The notes: generated by a model not told the origin, from the letters alone. Numbered from the stretch's first letter, positions 48,907 through 59,621 are shown. The stretch: 64,000 bases of DNA from an uncultured Gemmatimonadales bacterium (GCA_963809895.1 CAWELD010000010.1:512001-576000); one strand, 5' to 3'. Numbers and translations are program-made.

Positions 48907-49619
48907 CTGCCGTCAACCCTGCAAGCGCGCGGTTTTTCGCGGCGCCTGCTGGACCGGGGGCGATAATTGCCGTGAACTGTGCGAGCGCCGAGCGGGGTCG
49001 AATCGCGCGCGTGTTTCGCGGCGATTATTGCCGCGAAGTCTGCATCGCCGCTGCCGAGGGCGCCCGCTGCTCGGTTGACGGCAGCGAGGACGTCGACTGC
49101 CGCAGGGTGGGGGGCGCGAGGGCGGCGGGGCCGCAGAGGGTGGCGGGCGCGAGGGCGTCGACTGCCGCCGGGCTCGCGCGGCCGGCGACTGCCGTCAACC
49201 CTGCAAGCGCGCGGTTTTTCGCGGCGCCTGCTGGACCGGGGGCGATAATTGCCGTGAACTGTGCGAGCGCCGAGCGGGGTCGGATCGCGCGCGTGTTTCG
49301 CGGCGATTATTGCCGCGAAGTCAGCATCGCCGCTGCCGAGGGCGCCCGCTGCTCGGTTGACGGCAGCGAGGACGTCGACTGCCGCAGGGTGGGGGGCGCG
49401 AGGGCGGCGGGGCCACAGAGGGTGGCGGGCGCGAGGGCGGCGTGCCGTCAACCCTGCAAGCGCGCGGTTTTTCGCGGCGCCTGCTGGACCGGGTGCGATA
49501 ATTGCCGTGAACTGTGCGAGCGCCGAGCGGGGTCGGATCGCGCGCGTGTTTCGCGGGGATTATTGCCGCGAAGTCTGCATCGCCGCTGCCGAGGGCGCCC
49601 GCTGCTCGGTTGACGGCAC
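48907..49619. repeat. Array of three 178-bp units with terminal inverted repeats (48907-49084, 49189-49366, 49442-49619)
   Basis: Near-identical units bounded by (c/g)tgccgtcaacc...ggttgacggca(g/c), separated by G-rich spacers. Confidence 0.92.
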
Positions 49620-49939
49620 CCGCCGCCGGCCGGCCGGTCCACACGCCCGCCGCCACCGCCGGCCTACCCACTCGCCGCCCGCGGTCCGGCCCGCCCGCCC
49701 CCGCCGCGCTCGCCGCCCCGCCCCCGCCGCCTCGCCGGCCCGCCCGCCCCCGCCGCCTCGCCGCCCCGCCCGCACGTCTACCCACCCGCCGCTTGTGGCC
49801 CGCGCTCCCCGGTCTGCCCGTCCCCCGCTCGCCCCCGCCCGCCGCCCCACCCACCCGCCGCCCGGCCCGCGGCACCCTCGATCCATCCCTCTTGAAATTC
49901 GATATGAAACCATACTGAATTCTCTCCGTAGTGGCGTTC

Positions 49940-52648
49940 ATGACCGCGACGCCCACCCCACACGATGTCCGCGCTCGGCGAGCGGGAGCCCTCTACCGGG
50001 CCCTGTCCACGCTGCTCCCGGCGGACTTTCGCCGCGCCTACCTGGATCAGGCGGCGGCGGACGTGGAGGATGCGGTGCGGGCCGCATCCCGGCGGGGAGG
50101 TCGCCGGTCCGCGATGCGCGCGACGGTGGCCGCCCTGGCCGACCTTGTGCGCCGCGGCGCGGCGGAGCGGCGGAGACGAACGACCCGAGAAGGAGCGGAG
50201 AGGATGCGGAGCTGGTGGATGGAGCTGCGCCTGGCGGTTCGGGCCCTGGCCCGGCGCCCGGGCTTCACGGCGGTGGCGGCACTGACGTTGGCCCTGGGGA
50301 TCGGTGCGAACCTGGCGATCTTCGCCGTGGTGCACGGGGTGGTCTTGAAACCTCTCTCGTATCCCGATCCGGACCGCATCGTTGTGGTGGAGCACCACGC
50401 GCCGGGTCTGGACATTCCCGACGTGCCCCAGTCCGACGGTACGGCACTGGCCTATCAGGATCACCTGGCGGCCTTCGCGGCCTTTGCCGTCGTCGGCACC
50501 GAGGGCCGCAACCTCGCGCCCATCGACGGCGGCGACGCCACCCGCATCCGTGCCGGGGTGGCGAGTGGCGGCTTCGCGCAGGTGCTGGGCGTGGTTCCGG
50601 CTCTGGGCCGGGTCCTCGGCGAGGACGACTCCCGCCCGGGCGCCCCCCCGGTGGCCATGCTCTCCTACCCCTTCTGGCGGGACAACTACGGCGCGGACCC
50701 CGCGGTGCTGGGCCGCACTCTGGCTCTCGACGGAGTGAGCACGGAGATCGTCGGTGTGTTGCCGCGGAAATTCGTCTTCCCGAGCGAAGGCGACGGACGC
50801 GTCGATGTGCTCTTGCCCGTCGAGTTGGACCCCGACGAAGGCTTCGGCTCCTTCTCCAACATGGGCTTGGCACGACTCGCGCCGGGGCTCTCCCTGTCGG
50901 ACGCGCAACGTGAGGTCTCCGACTTCCAGAAGCGCTTTCCGGAGTTCATCCCGAACCTGCAGTTGGAGTTTCTCGAGATGGCTCAGTGGAGTGTCACGGT
51001 GACCCCTCTCCGGCAGGCCCTGGTGGAAGACATCGCTACCACGCTCTGGATCCTCCTGGGCACCGTGGGCCTGGTGCTTCTCATCGCCGCCGCCAACGTG
51101 GCCAATCTGGTGCTGGTGCGTACCGAGGCACGCCGGCGCGAGGTCGCGGTACGTACCGCCCTCGGGGCAGGGCGCGGAGCGCTCGCGCGGACGTTCCTGG
51201 GTGAGAGCGTGGTCCTGTCGGCGCTGGGCGCCGCCATGGGCGCCGTGCTCGCATGGGGCGCCTTGCGGCTGGTTCTGACGTTGGCTCCGCCGGCGCTTCC
51301 ACGGCGAGACGACATCGCCATGGACGGTTCGGTCATCCTGTTCGGGGTGGGTCTCACCGTGCTCGCGGCGCTCGTCTTCGGCATGCTCCCGCTCATCCGA
51401 TCGCGCATGCACGGGCTCAGCGAGGGACTCAAGGAGGGGCTCCGTGGGAGCACGGCCAGCCGGGGCGCCCTCCGTGGCCGCAACATCCTCGTGGCGGGGC
51501 AGCTGGCGCTGGCGCTCCTTCTGCTGGCGGGCTCCGGGCTCCTGTTCCGCAGCTTCATGCAACTCCGAGCCGTCGATCCCGGCGTGGATCCCGAAGGCGT
51601 GACGACGGCGGTGGTGTCGCTGGACCGGTCGTATCTGGAGCCCGGCGCCGCGCGGCAATTCTATCGCCGGCTCGTGGATCGGGTGTCGGCACTGCCGGGC
51701 GTCGAGGTCGCGGGAATCGTCGACGACGCGCCGCTCTCGGGCCGGGGCATGAGCGCCAGCTCGTTCGAGGTCGAGGGCTGGGACCGTCCGGACGACGCCC
51801 CGCCCGTGGTGGCGCTCCGCAAGGTGATCACTCCCGGCACGCTCGAGGCTCTGGGCATCACGCTGGAGCGAGGGCGTCCGCCGACGTGGCCCGAGGTGGA
51901 GGACCAGGCGCCGGTGGCGGTGGTCAACCACGAGTTCGCCCGGCGCTTCCTGGATGACGATCCACTGTCACACCGCATCAGTCCCGGTGACGAGGGGCAG
52001 CTCTATCAGGTGATCGGCGTCGTCGGCGACGTTCGCGAGCTCGGGGTCGAGGAGGAGATCCGCCCCACCATCTACTGGCTGCTGGACGCGCCCGACGGAC
52101 AGAGCGACCCCCAGCAGATGACGCTCGTGGTCAAGGGACCGTCGGCGGCAGTCGTGACTCCTCGGATCCGGGCGATCCTGCGCGAGCTGGATCCGGGCGT
52201 GCCGGTGTCGGTGGTGGAGACCATGGACGAGATCCTCACGCGCGACCTCGCCTCCACCTCCTTCACCGTCATCCTGCTGGGCCTGTCGGCCGCCATGGCC
52301 CTCGTGTTGGGCACGGTGGGGATCTACGGGGTGATCTCGTACGTGGTGAGCCAACGCACGCGCGAGATGGGTGTGCGCATGGCCCTGGGCGCCGCCGGGG
52401 CGGACGTGCGCCGCATGGTGGTGCGGCAGGGCATGCTGCTCACCGTGGTGGGCCTCGCCGTCGGGCTGGTGGCGGCCATGCTCCTGACCCGCGTGCTCCG
52501 CAGCGTACTCTTCGAGGTGTCGGCCACGGATCCCCTGGTCCTCGCTCTGACCACCAGCCTGCTGTTCGTGGTCAGCCTGCTGGCGAGTTGGATTCCCGCG
52601 CTGCGGGCGTCGCGCGTGAATCCCGTGGAAGCCCTGAGGGCGGAGTAG
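49940..52648 (+). CDS. ADOP-type duplicated permease #3
   Basis: LPADFRRAY prefix; ELRLAVRALARRPGF; AAANVANL; RTREMGVRMALGA; RVNPVEALRAE. Confidence 0.9.
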   Translation: MTATPTPHDVRARRAGALYRALSTLLPADFRRAYLDQAAADVEDAVRAASRRGGRRSAMRATVAALADLVRRGAAERRRRTTREGAERMRSWWMELRLAVRALARRPGFTAVAALTLALGIGANLAIFAVVHGVVLKPLSYPDPDRIVVVEHHAPGLDIPDVPQSDGTALAYQDHLAAFAAFAVVGTEGRNLAPIDGGDATRIRAGVASGGFAQVLGVVPALGRVLGEDDSRPGAPPVAMLSYPFWRDNYGADPAVLGRTLALDGVSTEIVGVLPRKFVFPSEGDGRVDVLLPVELDPDEGFGSFSNMGLARLAPGLSLSDAQREVSDFQKRFPEFIPNLQLEFLEMAQWSVTVTPLRQALVEDIATTLWILLGTVGLVLLIAAANVANLVLVRTEARRREVAVRTALGAGRGALARTFLGESVVLSALGAAMGAVLAWGALRLVLTLAPPALPRRDDIAMDGSVILFGVGLTVLAALVFGMLPLIRSRMHGLSEGLKEGLRGSTASRGALRGRNILVAGQLALALLLLAGSGLLFRSFMQLRAVDPGVDPEGVTTAVVSLDRSYLEPGAARQFYRRLVDRVSALPGVEVAGIVDDAPLSGRGMSASSFEVEGWDRPDDAPPVVALRKVITPGTLEALGITLERGRPPTWPEVEDQAPVAVVNHEFARRFLDDDPLSHRISPGDEGQLYQVIGVVGDVRELGVEEEIRPTIYWLLDAPDGQSDPQQMTLVVKGPSAAVVTPRIRAILRELDPGVPVSVVETMDEILTRDLASTSFTVILLGLSAAMALVLGTVGIYGVISYVVSQRTREMGVRMALGAAGADVRRMVVRQGMLLTVVGLAVGLVAAMLLTRVLRSVLFEVSATDPLVLALTTSLLFVVSLLASWIPALRASRVNPVEALRAE

Positions 52649-52653
52649 AGGCC

Positions 52654-52986
52654 ATGAGCGACGCGCCTCTCAAACCCCAGTCGTTCCAGGTCCTTCTGGC
52701 GCTTGCCGAAGAGGCCCGCCACGGGTTCGCCATCCGCGAGGCCGTGGAGGCGCGTACCGAGGGTGGCGTGGTGCTGTGGCCCGCGACTCTGTACGGGCTG
52801 CTGCGGGATCTTTCGGCCGAAGGCCTGATCGAGGAGTTGCCGCCGGCTCGGGTGGACGACGACGATGGACGTCGAAAGTACTACGGGCTCACGCCGAACG
52901 GTCGGGAACGGCTGCGGGCGGAGGCCGATCGCCTCGCGGGCTGGGCCGAAGCCGCCCGCCAGGGGCTGCAAACCAGCGAGGGGTGA
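52654..52986 (+). CDS. PadR-family regulator #3
   Basis: FQVLLALAEEARHGFAI...PATLYG...RRKYYGLT. Confidence 0.9.
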   Translation: MSDAPLKPQSFQVLLALAEEARHGFAIREAVEARTEGGVVLWPATLYGLLRDLSAEGLIEELPPARVDDDDGRRKYYGLTPNGRERLRAEADRLAGWAEAARQGLQTSEG

Positions 52987-53018
52987 CCGACCCGGTGCCC
53001 TGGGGGCTCAGGTCCGGC

Positions 53019-53708
53019 TCACGTGTCTGGCGAGTCCCAATCCGGTACAGCGCCCCCCGGCGCGTCACCCGTCGCGCCCTCGTCCGCGGGTGCGTCTTCG
53101 GATGCCGGCCGATTCGCCGGCGCGTCAGCCGCCGCCGGCCCATCCTCGGGCGGCTCACCCATGCTGTGCTCCGTGAGCAGCCGGCGCTCGGGGATCGCCA
53201 TGTCGTCCGAGGCCAGCTTGTCGATGCCATCCACGGTGATGGCCAGCAGGCCGTTCTCCTGCACTTCCACGAAGCCGCGCTTTCGGAGGTACCAGAGCGG
53301 GAAGGCCAGGTGCTCGCGAGGGGTGCCCAGGGTCCGTTCGAGGTGCGAGGGAGCGAGCCCGGCCTTGTCCGGGTCGTTGCGTCGGGCGATGTAGAGGAGC
53401 GACAGCAGGGCGTGGAACAGTCTTTGATCGTCGTCACGGTCCGTCTCGGCCGTGTCCTGCCGGAAGATCTGCCAGCGGTCCGCCCGGTCCTGTTCGTACC
53501 TCGCGTCATAGGCGGCCCGGGCCTCGGGATCCGAGAGCACCTCGTACGCCTCGCGCACTTCGTTGAAGCGCCGCGCGTCGCCCGAGACGTTGTTGTCGGG
53601 GTGATATCGCTTGGCCAGGTGCCGAAACACCCGCTCGATCGTCTCGGGATCGGCCGCCGAGCTCAGCTGGAGGATTTCGTAGTAGTCCGACGATGGGCGC
53701 TCAACCAT
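53019..53708 (-). CDS. DnaJ (J-domain) protein with wHTH-like C-domain
   Basis: DYYEIL...YHPDN...AYEVLSDP; WYLRKRGFV...ITVDGID. Confidence 0.85.
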   Translation of the reverse strand: MVERPSSDYYEILQLSSAADPETIERVFRHLAKRYHPDNNVSGDARRFNEVREAYEVLSDPEARAAYDARYEQDRADRWQIFRQDTAETDRDDDQRLFHALLSLLYIARRNDPDKAGLAPSHLERTLGTPREHLAFPLWYLRKRGFVEVQENGLLAITVDGIDKLASDDMAIPERRLLTEHSMGEPPEDGPAAADAPANRPASEDAPADEGATGDAPGGAVPDWDSPDT

Positions 53709-53712
53709 GGGA

Positions 53713-56700
53713 TCAGCCGCCCCCCCCGGTGCGCCCGGGCCGCCGCCACCGGATCGGCGCCGCGGGCTCCGGCTGCAGCTCCACGGCCTCGGTTTGAAGC
53801 AGGCGCAGCGCCTCCTCGACCGCCGCCTCGAGCTGGGCATCGCGGCCCGCGGCCAGCGAGGCCGGATCGTTCTTCACCTCGATGTCCGGGGCGATGCCCT
53901 TGCCCTCGACGTCCCATTCGCCGTCGACGTTGTAGAATCCCCCGCGAGGAGCCACCATGCGGCCCCCGTCCAGCAGCGGAGGCGTATCCCAGGTGCCGAC
54001 CAGCCCACCCCAGGTGCGCGCACCGACCAGCGGCCCGATCTGCTTGAAGCGGAACAGGTAGGGCATGAGATCTCCGCCGGACCCGGCCCGTTCGTTGATC
54101 ACCATCACCTTGGGTCCCCACAGTCCCGCCATGGGCTGCGTGAAGGGACGATGGTCCCCGGCCCTCGAGTTGAAGTAGCCGGTGAGCTCGCGGCCCAGGA
54201 CGTCGATGATGTAGTCCGCTGCCGAGCCCCCGCCGTTGTTGCGCTCGTCGATGACCGCGCCCTTTCGGTCCTGCTGCGCGAAGTACATGCGGTTGAAGTA
54301 GCTGTAGCCGCCCTGTCCGGTGTTGGGGAGCCAGACGTAGGCCAGGCGCCCGTCGCTGAGCTCGTCCACCAGACGGCGGTTGTGCTCCACCCAGGCCCAG
54401 GTGCGGAGCTGGCCTTCGTTGCCGGTGGGCTCCACCAGCACGTCGCGAGCGCCGTCCATGCTCGGGGTGTCGTTCACGGTCACGCGGATGGTGCGGCCCG
54501 CGGTCCCCTCCAGCAGTTGGAACGGATTCGTGGGCCAGCGGAGCTCCCGGCCGTCGATGGCCAACAGGTAGTCGCCTTCGCGCACGTTCTGCCCCGGCAC
54601 GGCCAGCGGCCCGGTGAGCCCCGGCGTCCACTCCTCGCCGGAGTAGACGCGCGCGACGCGGTAGGCGTCTCCGTCACGCTCCAGATCCACGCCCAGGAGT
54701 CCGGTGCGGGGATTCTCCAGATCCGGATAGTCGCCACCGGATACGTAGGAGTGCCCGATGGACACCTCGCCGCTCACGATGTCCAGGACGTAGTTGAAGT
54801 CCGAGCGGTGATCCACGCCCTCGAGCCAGGGCGAGTACCAATCCCAGATCTCGTTCCAGGGCGCGCCGTGGGTGTTGTCCACGTAGAGGAAGTCGCGCAT
54901 GAAGCGCCACCCCTCGCGAAGCATCTGAGTCCATTCGGCCCGAGGCTCGATGTGGATGCGCAGGTCGGAGAGGGCGAGCCGCCCCTCGCCGTTGCGGGGT
55001 GGCTGGCCACCGGCGTCCGTGATGGCCCAGTAGGCGCCGGCGCGGTACAGGAGTTTCTTGTGGTCGTCGGAGACGGTGGCCTCGGCCACACCCTCCAGGA
55101 ACGTCTCGGACTCTGCGTCGTCGACGGTGTAACGGCGGAGCGTGAGGCCCGGCGTGTTGGGCACCGATTCGAAGACGAAGACCCGGCCGGCGGGCCCCTG
55201 CAGGAGTCCGCCGTAGTTCCGCGCCGGCAATCCCGGAGCATCCACGATGCGTCCGGCCAGACCGTCGAAGTCGATGCGCACCTCGGGCGGCGTCGGAGCG
55301 GTCCCGGTGCCGCCGCCTCGCCCTCCGCCAGCCGCGCTGTCCGGCGTTGGCTCGGGCGTGCTCGTCTCCTCGTCACTCCGCGCCCGGAAGGGGGATTCCT
55401 CGTCGCTCCGGAGCAGGGCCAGGTAGAGGGAGCGCGTCACGGGACGATCGAACGACGTCATGTCCAGCCAACCGGTGTTCAGGCCGTAGTCGGTGGACGC
55501 CAGGAAGTAGAGGTAGCGCCCGCCGGCGTCCCACACCGGTGTGATGGCGTCGGCCATGCCGTCGGTGAGCTGATGCGCCTCACCCGCCTGGATGTCGTAC
55601 ACGAAGACGGCACGGAGCTGGTTGTCGAGCCGGCGCGCGTAGGCGATCCAGCGGCTGTCCGGCGACCAGACCGGGTTCATGCTGCGCTCGGGATGGGCGT
55701 AGCGGTCGGTGTCCACGTGGGTGACCTCGCCCGACGCCACGTCCACCACCAGCAGGCGGTAGTCGGTATCGGTGAAGGCCAGCCTGGAACCGTCGGGCGA
55801 CCAGGTGGGCAGGAAATAGAACGAGGGGTCGTCCAGCGCGATGCGGCGCGGATTCGCTCCGTCCTGGTCGGCGATCACCAGGCCGTACTCCCCGCCCTGG
55901 TCGCTGAACCACGCCACGTGCGCACCGTCGGGCGACCATACCGGCGAACGGTCGGCCACGCCGGAGCTGCGGGTGAGGTTGCGCCAGCTTCCTTCGTCGG
56001 CGGGGACGGTGAAGATGTCACCGCGGTATTCGAAGAGGGCGCGCTTACCGGTCGGCGAGAGCCGTGCGTTGGTGAGCCGGGCAGCGGACACCGCCTCCCA
56101 GCGTGGGCGGGCCCAGTTGAGGTCGCCGGCCACCCGGATGTCCAGGCGTCGCGTGGCGTCGGTGGCGGGGTCGAGCTCGTGGAGCCAGCCAGCCTGCTCG
56201 TACACCACGACCCCGTCGTGGGCGTCCATGCTCTTCACGTCGAAGTCGGCGTGGTGGGTGTGCTGCTTCAGCTCGCCGGTGGCGGGATTCCAGGACCAGA
56301 CGTTGTTGGCCCAGTCACGCTCGGACAGGAAGTAGACCACGCCGTCCATCCAGGCGGGATCGGTCTGACGCTCGCCTTCCCAGGGCGGCGTGCGGCGCTC
56401 CAGGGTCGTCAGGTCGACGACGCTGATGGGTTGCGCCTGGCCGCCCCGGTAGTTCCTCCACTCCGGATCCCAGAATCCCACCTCCTGATACGCCGCCATG
56501 GCGCCGTCGGCTGAGAGCGCGCCGGCGTAGGCCCGGGGGATGGGCAGCGCCTCGGGCAGCCCACCGTCCAGACCCACGGTGTAGAAGCGCCAGAGCTGTG
56601 TGGGATGTCCCTCACGGCCGGACTGGAAGACGACTTTGCCGTCCGGGGTCCACCCCTGCACGACGTCGGCGCCCGGGTGCCAGGTGAGACGGCGTGGCTG

Positions 56701-57003
56701 GCCTCCCTCGGCGGGCACCACGTACACGTCGGTGTTGCCCCCGTACTGCCCGCTGAAGGCCACCCAGCGGCCGTCGGGCGAGAAGTGGGGATCGGTCTCG
56801 GCCCCGTCGGCGCTGGTCAGGCGCATGGCGCCGCCCCCCTGGCGTCCCACGATCCAGAGGTCGTTGGCATGGACGAAGGCGATGTGCGTGTCGCTCACCG
56901 TCGGCTCGCGCAGCAGGCGAGTCCCCTGGGCCGCCAAAGGGGCAGACTGAAGCGTGGCGGCGAGCACGACACCGGCGTGGGCGAGAAGGGACAGCGGGCG
57001 CAT
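53713..57003 (-). CDS. Tricorn protease (S41 family)
   Basis: PD40-type propellers; PDZ region; DERNNGGG, AGSGGD, RTWGGLVG, GIAPDIEV. Confidence 0.93.
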   Translation of the reverse strand: MRPLSLLAHAGVVLAATLQSAPLAAQGTRLLREPTVSDTHIAFVHANDLWIVGRQGGGAMRLTSADGAETDPHFSPDGRWVAFSGQYGGNTDVYVVPAEGGQPRRLTWHPGADVVQGWTPDGKVVFQSGREGHPTQLWRFYTVGLDGGLPEALPIPRAYAGALSADGAMAAYQEVGFWDPEWRNYRGGQAQPISVVDLTTLERRTPPWEGERQTDPAWMDGVVYFLSERDWANNVWSWNPATGELKQHTHHADFDVKSMDAHDGVVVYEQAGWLHELDPATDATRRLDIRVAGDLNWARPRWEAVSAARLTNARLSPTGKRALFEYRGDIFTVPADEGSWRNLTRSSGVADRSPVWSPDGAHVAWFSDQGGEYGLVIADQDGANPRRIALDDPSFYFLPTWSPDGSRLAFTDTDYRLLVVDVASGEVTHVDTDRYAHPERSMNPVWSPDSRWIAYARRLDNQLRAVFVYDIQAGEAHQLTDGMADAITPVWDAGGRYLYFLASTDYGLNTGWLDMTSFDRPVTRSLYLALLRSDEESPFRARSDEETSTPEPTPDSAAGGGRGGGTGTAPTPPEVRIDFDGLAGRIVDAPGLPARNYGGLLQGPAGRVFVFESVPNTPGLTLRRYTVDDAESETFLEGVAEATVSDDHKKLLYRAGAYWAITDAGGQPPRNGEGRLALSDLRIHIEPRAEWTQMLREGWRFMRDFLYVDNTHGAPWNEIWDWYSPWLEGVDHRSDFNYVLDIVSGEVSIGHSYVSGGDYPDLENPRTGLLGVDLERDGDAYRVARVYSGEEWTPGLTGPLAVPGQNVREGDYLLAIDGRELRWPTNPFQLLEGTAGRTIRVTVNDTPSMDGARDVLVEPTGNEGQLRTWAWVEHNRRLVDELSDGRLAYVWLPNTGQGGYSYFNRMYFAQQDRKGAVIDERNNGGGSAADYIIDVLGRELTGYFNSRAGDHRPFTQPMAGLWGPKVMVINERAGSGGDLMPYLFRFKQIGPLVGARTWGGLVGTWDTPPLLDGGRMVAPRGGFYNVDGEWDVEGKGIAPDIEVKNDPASLAAGRDAQLEAAVEEALRLLQTEAVELQPEPAAPIRWRRPGRTGGGG

Positions 57004-57164
57004 GCGGATCTCCCGTGGTGGAGCGAGTGCCAGAAGGGAGGTGGATGACAGCAGAGTAGGCGTCGGGGCCCCCCACCCGCCACCCCGTCCTTGCCCGTCT
57101 CGCGGTGGGCACCGCATCATCCCTCGTCCCGCGCGGTCCCGCCCTCTCCCCCCAAGGTCGCACC

Positions 57165-59606
57165 GTGGCTTCTCAGCGTCGCGTGATCTTCCGCCCCACG
57201 GCCTGGCTGGCCTTTGCGGCGTACCTGGCGCTGGGGTTCCTGACCCTCCGGCCGGAGTGGTTCGGCGCCGACCTGCACCTTCGGCGCGTGGTGTGGCTCT
57301 CCAGCGGCGTCGGGCTGGCCGCGGTGCTCCGCATGGGACCGGGGATCTGGCCGCTGGTCGCGCTGGCCGAGGTCATCATCACCCTGTTCACCAGCACGGC
57401 ACCGCTCCACGCCCTGGGAACGGCGCTCGGGAACAGCCTGGAGGTGCTGCTCGCGTGGTCGCTGCTCCGCGTGGTGGGCATGAACCCGGACCTGCGCCGC
57501 TGGTGGGACGTGGCGGCTCTGGTTCTGGTGGCGGCGGGGGTGGCCGCCTGGCTGGGGGCGGGCGTCTCGACGCTCTCGCTCGTGGTGTTCGAGGGAGTCC
57601 CGTGGAGCTCGTTCCAACGCATCTGGATCCTGTGGTGGCTCACCCACGCCAACGGGATGATCCTTGCGGCTCCCTTCCTATTGGCCATCGGCTCCCGCCA
57701 GTCTCCCTGGACGGGTTCGCGTCGCCTGGAGGCGGTGGTGCTCGCCGTGGGCCTGGTCGTGCTGGGGGCCCTGGTGTTCGCGTCGAACTCTCCGGCCGAT
57801 GTCGGGCGCCGGCTGCTCTACGCACCCTTCCCGTTCCTGTTGTGGGCCGCGTTCCGGTTCGGGCTTCTGGGCGCCTCCGCGGCCAACCTGCTCCTCTCCA
57901 CCCTGGCCATGCTGGGAACGGCCGCCGACCGGGGACCCTTCGTCGCGGGCACGGACAACCAGACGCTCTTTCAGCTCTGGGTCTTCGTGGCGGTGAACGC
58001 CATCACGGCGCTGCTGGTGGCGGGGATGGTGGAGGAGCGTCGGCGCACCGCTCACGCGCTGTCGCGAAGCGAGGGACACCTCCGCTCGGTGGTGGAAGCC
58101 ACGGCCGACGCGCTGGTCGCGGTGGACGCTGACGGCCGCGTGTCGTTCACCAACCAGCGCTTCGACAGTCTGTGGGATCCCGAGGGGGGCGTGGCTCCCC
58201 AGGGGTCGTTGGATCCGGAGGATCCCCGGGTGGAGCGGCTCATGGCGGGGCCCAGCGAAGATCCCTTTCCCACGCTGCGGTCTTCGCATCGGACCCTCCT
58301 GGATCACGTCCGCTTCGAGGACGGACGGACCTTCGAGCGCTTCAGCGCGCCGCTGGTGCGGCAGGGACGGGTCACCGGGCGCATCTGGTCCTTCCGCGAT
58401 CTCACGGAGCGCCGCCGGGCCGAGGAGGAGCGGCAGCGCCTGGAGCAGCAGGTCCAGCACGCGCAGAAGCTGGAGAGCCTGGGCGTGCTGGCCGGGGGCA
58501 TCGCCCACGACTTCAACAACCTGCTGGTCGCCATCATGGGCAACGCCGATCTGGCGGAGGGCGCGCTGGAGAGCACGCATCCGGCCCGGGATCCTGTGGA
58601 GGAGGTCCTGCGCGCGTCGCAGCGGGCCGCCGACCTGTGCCAGCAGATGCTCGCCTACGCCGGCAAGGGACGGGTCCAGGTGGGCCCCGTGGATCTCAAC
58701 GAGGTCGTGCAGGAGATGGGTGAGCTCATGGGCGTGTCCATCTCCAAGGGGGCCCGGCTGCGTCTCGACCTGTCGACCGGGTTGCCCCCGGTCCGGGGCG
58801 ACGTGGTGCAGCTCCGCCAGGTCGTGCTCAACCTGCTCACCAACGCGTCGGATGCCCTGGACCGGGGTGAAGGCGAGATCCGCATGTCGACCTACTCGGC
58901 GGCACCGCACGACTTCGATCCTTCGGCGTCGGTGCTCGACGAGCGGCCCGGTTCCAGGCGGCTCCTGGCCCTGGAGGTCACGGATACCGGCATCGGTATG
59001 GACGAAGGCACACGCGCCCGCATCTTCGATCCCTTCTTCAGCACCAAGGCCCAGGGTCGGGGACTCGGACTGGCGGCGGTCCTGGGGATCGTGCGAGGGC
59101 ACCGGGGCACGCTGGAGCTGTGGAGCCAGCCGGACGGGGGCACGCGCGTGCGCGTGTTGCTTCCGGCCCTGGATTCGGACGTGCGCGCGGACGAGATCCC
59201 GACGCCCGAGCCCCTGGCGCCCGAGATGCCCGACGGCCGCCTCCGGGGCACGGTGCTCGTGGTGGACGACGAGGACCCGGTGCGCACGGTGGCGTCGCGC
59301 ATGCTGCGCGAGGCCGGCCTGACCGTGGTGGAGGCGGCCGATGGCCGCGAGGCGTTGGACCGCTTCGCCACCCTGGGCGGCGAGGTGGACGTGGTCCTGC
59401 TGGACCTCACCATGCCTCGCCTGGGCGGTGTGGAGACGGCGCGCGAGCTCACGCGTCTCGCTCCCGACCTGGCCATCATCCTGTCCACCGGCTACAGCGA
59501 CGCAGGCGCCCGCGACGAGGTGGCCGACGGCCTGCCGGTGCTCCGCAAACCGTACCGGCGGAGCGCACTGCTGAGCCGCATCCGCGACGCGCTGGAAGGG
59601 TCGTAG
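57165..59606 (+). CDS. MASE1-PAS hybrid histidine kinase/response regulator
   Basis: MASE1-like TM region; LAGGIAHDFNNLL H-box; NLLTNASDA; DTGIGM; GLGLA; receiver domain VVDDE/DLTMP/KP. Confidence 0.92.
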   Translation: MASQRRVIFRPTAWLAFAAYLALGFLTLRPEWFGADLHLRRVVWLSSGVGLAAVLRMGPGIWPLVALAEVIITLFTSTAPLHALGTALGNSLEVLLAWSLLRVVGMNPDLRRWWDVAALVLVAAGVAAWLGAGVSTLSLVVFEGVPWSSFQRIWILWWLTHANGMILAAPFLLAIGSRQSPWTGSRRLEAVVLAVGLVVLGALVFASNSPADVGRRLLYAPFPFLLWAAFRFGLLGASAANLLLSTLAMLGTAADRGPFVAGTDNQTLFQLWVFVAVNAITALLVAGMVEERRRTAHALSRSEGHLRSVVEATADALVAVDADGRVSFTNQRFDSLWDPEGGVAPQGSLDPEDPRVERLMAGPSEDPFPTLRSSHRTLLDHVRFEDGRTFERFSAPLVRQGRVTGRIWSFRDLTERRRAEEERQRLEQQVQHAQKLESLGVLAGGIAHDFNNLLVAIMGNADLAEGALESTHPARDPVEEVLRASQRAADLCQQMLAYAGKGRVQVGPVDLNEVVQEMGELMGVSISKGARLRLDLSTGLPPVRGDVVQLRQVVLNLLTNASDALDRGEGEIRMSTYSAAPHDFDPSASVLDERPGSRRLLALEVTDTGIGMDEGTRARIFDPFFSTKAQGRGLGLAAVLGIVRGHRGTLELWSQPDGGTRVRVLLPALDSDVRADEIPTPEPLAPEMPDGRLRGTVLVVDDEDPVRTVASRMLREAGLTVVEAADGREALDRFATLGGEVDVVLLDLTMPRLGGVETARELTRLAPDLAIILSTGYSDAGARDEVADGLPVLRKPYRRSALLSRIRDALEGS

Positions 59607-59621
59607 CCCACGAGCCGTGGC

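Noticed and set aside
48858..49613. Cys-containing repeat ORFs over the 178-bp array
   Set aside because: No RBS or signal peptide, the third unit is out of frame (253-bp offset), and DNA-level palindromy explains the conservation better.
48907..49619. CRISPR array
   Set aside because: Repeats are 178 bp, spacers are similar to each other rather than unique, and there are no cas genes in the window.
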